64,000 nt of DNA from Bacillota bacterium (GTDB lineage: Bacteria > Bacillota > Clostridia > Clostridiales > Clostridiaceae), in contig JAEZKY010000331.1 of NCBI GenBank assembly GCA_023435985.1, positions 19,370 through 83,369 of the forward strand, read 5' to 3'. This document shows positions 60,678-64,000 of the stretch, piece by piece. Each line of letters begins with the position of its first letter. Within the stretch, counting starts at the first letter, position 1. Made by a program: the position numbers and the translations under genes. The notes beneath the pieces are model-generated. The model had not been told where the DNA came from. It searched no databases and saw nothing but the letters and a program-made list of their open reading frames with translations.

Positions 60678-63308
60678 ATGTTTAAAGTAAATATAAATGG
60701 AAAAGATTATGAATCAAAAGTAGATATGCTGCTAATGGATTTTCTTCGGGAAGAACTTGAGATAACTTCAGTGAAAAATGGCTGTAAAGAGGGTGCATGT
60801 GGAACCTGTACTGTTATTATTGATGGAAAAACAACTCGTGCGTGCCTTCAAAAACTTTCTAAACTTGAAGGGAGAAAGATAAAAACCATTGAGGGCTTCA
60901 CTGAAAGGGAAAGAGAAGTATTTGTATATGCTTTTGCAGCGGCAGGAGCAGTACAATGCGGTTTCTGTATCCCAGGGATGGTCATATGTGGTAAATGCTT
61001 AATAGATCAAAATCCGAATCCAACAAGGGAAGATATAAAGCAGGCAATTCGCACTAATATCTGTAGGTGTACCGGATACGCTAAGATTGAAGAAGGCATT
61101 CTTATTGCAGCAAAAATGTTAAGAGAAAATATAGATATACCTGAGGTAAAACAAACTGGAAAAGTTGGAGAAAAAACTTGTAGAGTAGATGCAAGGGGAA
61201 AGACTTTAGGGACAGCAAAATATGCAGATGATTATAAATTTAAGGGGATGCTTTATGGGAAAAATGTATTTAGCAAGTATGCTCGTGCAAAAATAGTTGC
61301 CATTGATATAAGAGAAGCTCTTAAAATGCCGGGAGTTGTAGCAATATATACTGCAAAGGATATTCCGGGAAAGAGGTATATAGGTCATCTTGCACAAGAC
61401 TGGCCAGGTATGATTGATATTGGGGAAGAAACTAAATGCATAGGAGATACTATAGCAATGGTTGTTGCAGAAACAAGGGAAGAAGCAGTTGCTGCCGTTA
61501 AAATTGTAAAAGTAGAATATGAAGAATTGGAACCAATTAGAAATCCTAAAGAAGCTGCGGCATTAGGAACTCATCAAGTTCATGGAGAAGGCTTTATGCA
61601 CTTTGGAAAATTTAGAATACCTGAAAATAACGTATTTGATCATGAAGAAGTAAAGCGAGGAAATGCAGAAGCTGCCCTTGCAAATTCTAAGTTTATAGTA
61701 GAAGGAACCTTTGAGCTTCCTCCAACAGAACACGCTTTTATGGAGCTTGAAACTGCTATCGGGCTGCCAGATGGAGAGGATGGTGTAATGATTATTACAG
61801 GAGGACAGGGAATTTATGATGAGTATCACGAAATAAGCAATTATTTAGGAATTCCAATGGAAAAAGTGAGAATACAAAGTGCAGTTGTTGGAGGCGGCTT
61901 TGGAGGTAAGGAAGATATGAGCGTGCAGCATCAGGCAGCTCTTTGCGCATACCTTACAAAAAGGCCGGTAAAGGTATCCTTTAGTCGTCAGGAAAGTATA
62001 AATTATCATCCAAAACGCCATGCTATGGAGATTTATTGCAAGATAGGCTGCGATGAGAATGGTATTCTCCAAGGGATGAAGGCAAGACTTACTTCAGATA
62101 CTGGTGCATATGCATCTCTAGGTGGTCCTGTTTTACAAAGAGCCTGCACACATGCAGGCGGCCCTTATAATTATCAAAACGTTGATATTGAGGGAAATGC
62201 TTATTATACAAATAATCCGCCGGCTGGTGCCTTTCGTGGTTTTGGTGTAACCCAATCCTGTGCAGTTGTAGAGCCTTTAATAAGTCAGCTGGCAGAGAAA
62301 GCTGGTCTTTCAGGCTGGGAATTTCGGTATCGTAATGCTATAAGGCCGGGAGAATCATTACCAAATGGACAAATTGCTGATAAGGGAACTGCTATGGCAG
62401 AAACTTTAGAGGCAGTAAAAGAGGATTTTGAAAAATATGAAGCAGATTCAAACTATTATGTTGGAATTGCCTGTGCAATGAAAAATGCAGGCGTTGGAGT
62501 AGGTGTCCAGGATATAGGACGCTGTAACTTAAAAATAATAAATGGAAAAGTTCATGCAAGATCTTCAGCAGGTGCAATTGGACAAGGCATACAAACCGTA
62601 TTGCTGCAAGTAATTTGTGAGACCACTGGTGTGACACCAGATAAAATTGTTGTGGAACATCCAGATACAAAATATACACCTGATTCAGGTACGACAACAG
62701 CATCTCGTCAAACTACTTTTGCAGGGGAAGCAGCTCATCAATCCTCATTGAAATTAAAGAGGGATTTAGATGCAGGATATACCATTGATGAATTAGAAGG
62801 CAAAGAGTATATTGGAGAATTTGAGTTTAAGACAGATTCAATTGGATCTGATAAACCTAATCCAGTAAGTCATATTTCTTATGGTTATGCAACACAGCTT
62901 GTTGTAATAGATAACGAAGGAAAATTAGTTAAGGTGATTGCAGCTCACGATGTTGGAAGAATAATTAATCCTCTTTCTGCTGCAGGCCAGGTTGAAGGAG
63001 GAGTAGCAATGGGACTAGGATATGGGCTAACGGAAGACTTTCCGTTAAAAGATGGAATTCCTCAGGCAAAGCTTGGAACTTTAGGAGTTTTCAGAGCAAA
63101 TCAAATGCCAGCAGTTGAGGTGCACTTAATTGAAAAAGGTGATTCAGACAGTGTTGCCTTTGGTGCTAAAGGAATTGGGGAAATTGTATGTGTTATGGGC
63201 GCTCCAGCATGCCAAAATGCATACTACAAAAAAGATGGTGTATTTAGGTATAAGTATCCTTTGGAAAATACTTATTATAGAAAACATAAGGTTTTAAGTA
63301 AAATCTAA
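60678..63308 (+). CDS. xdh: Selenium-dependent-type xanthine dehydrogenase (fused Fe-S + Mo domains)
   Basis: N-terminal GCKEGACGTC/QCGFC/CRC; GGGFGGKEDM, AFRGFG, TTASRQT, KGIGE. Confidence 0.85.
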   Translation: MFKVNINGKDYESKVDMLLMDFLREELEITSVKNGCKEGACGTCTVIIDGKTTRACLQKLSKLEGRKIKTIEGFTEREREVFVYAFAAAGAVQCGFCIPGMVICGKCLIDQNPNPTREDIKQAIRTNICRCTGYAKIEEGILIAAKMLRENIDIPEVKQTGKVGEKTCRVDARGKTLGTAKYADDYKFKGMLYGKNVFSKYARAKIVAIDIREALKMPGVVAIYTAKDIPGKRYIGHLAQDWPGMIDIGEETKCIGDTIAMVVAETREEAVAAVKIVKVEYEELEPIRNPKEAAALGTHQVHGEGFMHFGKFRIPENNVFDHEEVKRGNAEAALANSKFIVEGTFELPPTEHAFMELETAIGLPDGEDGVMIITGGQGIYDEYHEISNYLGIPMEKVRIQSAVVGGGFGGKEDMSVQHQAALCAYLTKRPVKVSFSRQESINYHPKRHAMEIYCKIGCDENGILQGMKARLTSDTGAYASLGGPVLQRACTHAGGPYNYQNVDIEGNAYYTNNPPAGAFRGFGVTQSCAVVEPLISQLAEKAGLSGWEFRYRNAIRPGESLPNGQIADKGTAMAETLEAVKEDFEKYEADSNYYVGIACAMKNAGVGVGVQDIGRCNLKIINGKVHARSSAGAIGQGIQTVLLQVICETTGVTPDKIVVEHPDTKYTPDSGTTTASRQTTFAGEAAHQSSLKLKRDLDAGYTIDELEGKEYIGEFEFKTDSIGSDKPNPVSHISYGYATQLVVIDNEGKLVKVIAAHDVGRIINPLSAAGQVEGGVAMGLGYGLTEDFPLKDGIPQAKLGTLGVFRANQMPAVEVHLIEKGDSDSVAFGAKGIGEIVCVMGAPACQNAYYKKDGVFRYKYPLENTYYRKHKVLSKI

Positions 63309-63737
63309 ATTTACAATTAATTAAGCATCTGGCCTTAAGGAACGTATTCAAAAAAATTGAAGAATGAATAAATGAAACGTTAAGGATTTTATACGTATTG
63401 ATAAAAAGTGGTATTTATATTACAAGATGGTGAAAATCAAATTAGATATAATTATGGTTAAATAAAAATAGGGAGGAGAAGCTAAAAGGCATAAAAACTT
63501 AATTATATAGAAAGATTTTCTCGTAAAGTTTGTATTTTGACGAATTATAATAAAAAAATAAAAAAAAATATTCGATTTTTTTGTTTTTTATGATAGAATA
63601 ATATTGCTAAGAAAGAAATTTATCATAAGTAATTTGTATGTGCAAATTTTCCATCTATGTAATATTTAAACATACATAGATAAAACTGAAATTATTTAAA
63701 TTTAAAGTGCTTAAGAATAATATTAAGGGGGCTTATT

Positions 63738-64000
63738 ATGTCAAACAACAATTTAGAAAAAGAAAGTAAAGTAAATGAAATGCTGCCAGTGAGCAAGCTT
63801 GCCATTTTGGGTTTACAGCATGTACTAGCTATGTATGCAGGTGCAGTAGCAGTACCATTAATTATTGGAGGAGCAGTTGGGTTAACACCAGAACAGTTAG
63901 CACTTTTGGTAGCAGCAGATTTATTTACCTGCGGTATTGCTACTTTATTACAGGCGATTGGTATAGGACCATATGTAGGTATTAAGCTTCCAGCAATTTT
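63738..64000 (+). CDS. NCS2 xanthine/uric acid permease (3' truncated by window edge; absent from ORF track)
   Basis: LGLQHVLAMYAGAVAVPL, ADLFTCGIATLLQ, GIKLP; AGGGGG RBS. Confidence 0.9.
   Translation, partial: MSNNNLEKESKVNEMLPVSKLAILGLQHVLAMYAGAVAVPLIIGGAVGLTPEQLALLVAADLFTCGIATLLQAIGIGPYVGIKLPAI

Noticed and set aside
233..62703. Many 60-150 aa ORFs antisense or out-of-frame to real genes (e.g. 3040-3423, 17509-17928, 54129-54578)
   Set aside because: Shadow frames of well-supported CDSs with no RBS or motifs
60678..63308. Selenocysteine recoding in xdh
   Set aside because: No in-frame TGA; this enzyme family uses labile selenium rather than Sec
63310..63737. Purine riboswitch upstream of the NCS2 permease
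   Set aside because: Conserved aptamer core (TATAAT..GATATGG..GTTTCTACC..CCGTAAA..GACTA) not found
1..64000. CRISPR array or cas genes
   Set aside because: No regularly spaced identical repeats with unique spacers and no Cas-like ORFs seen

Overview
AT-rich chromosomal window whose gene content and style suggest a Clostridium sensu stricto (possibly solventogenic); that assignment is inference. From left to right it holds: BcrAB-like ABC + TetR; two membrane-fusion proteins + DHA2 efflux pump; Isf-type flavoprotein with MmyB-type regulator; GNAT; a LevR/ManR-type sigma54 activator with a mannose-family PTS; two DeoR genes + Cof hydrolase; a KdgR/IclR-linked unsaturated-uronate (kduD, dhuD, dhuI, kdgK, eda) cluster; a two-component system + ABC transporter; ABC_ATPase-domain protein; hemerythrin; FMN riboswitch-ribU; fprA-rubredoxin; tsaE-tsaB-rimI; tRNA-Trp followed by a ~7.7 kb integrase-less island bounded by a 26-bp direct repeat; and a large anaerobic purine-degradation cluster running off the right edge. 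The island carries an RRNPP-type HTH-TPR receptor with an unannotated 53-aa signal-peptide gene, a decayed second receptor/peptide pair, a frameshifted Spo0E-like gene, and a HipA-like kinase/DUF3037-like pair (candidate toxin-antitoxin or defence module). Other highlights: a variant dioxopurine-type pathway (Cys-less DHOD-ferredoxin fusion and D-aminoacylase where YgfK/YgeW would be expected), ANTAR-like leader hairpins in front of both purine operons, twin sigma54 promoters, and two families of dispersed intergenic repeats. All product calls come from motif recognition by eye, not database searches.
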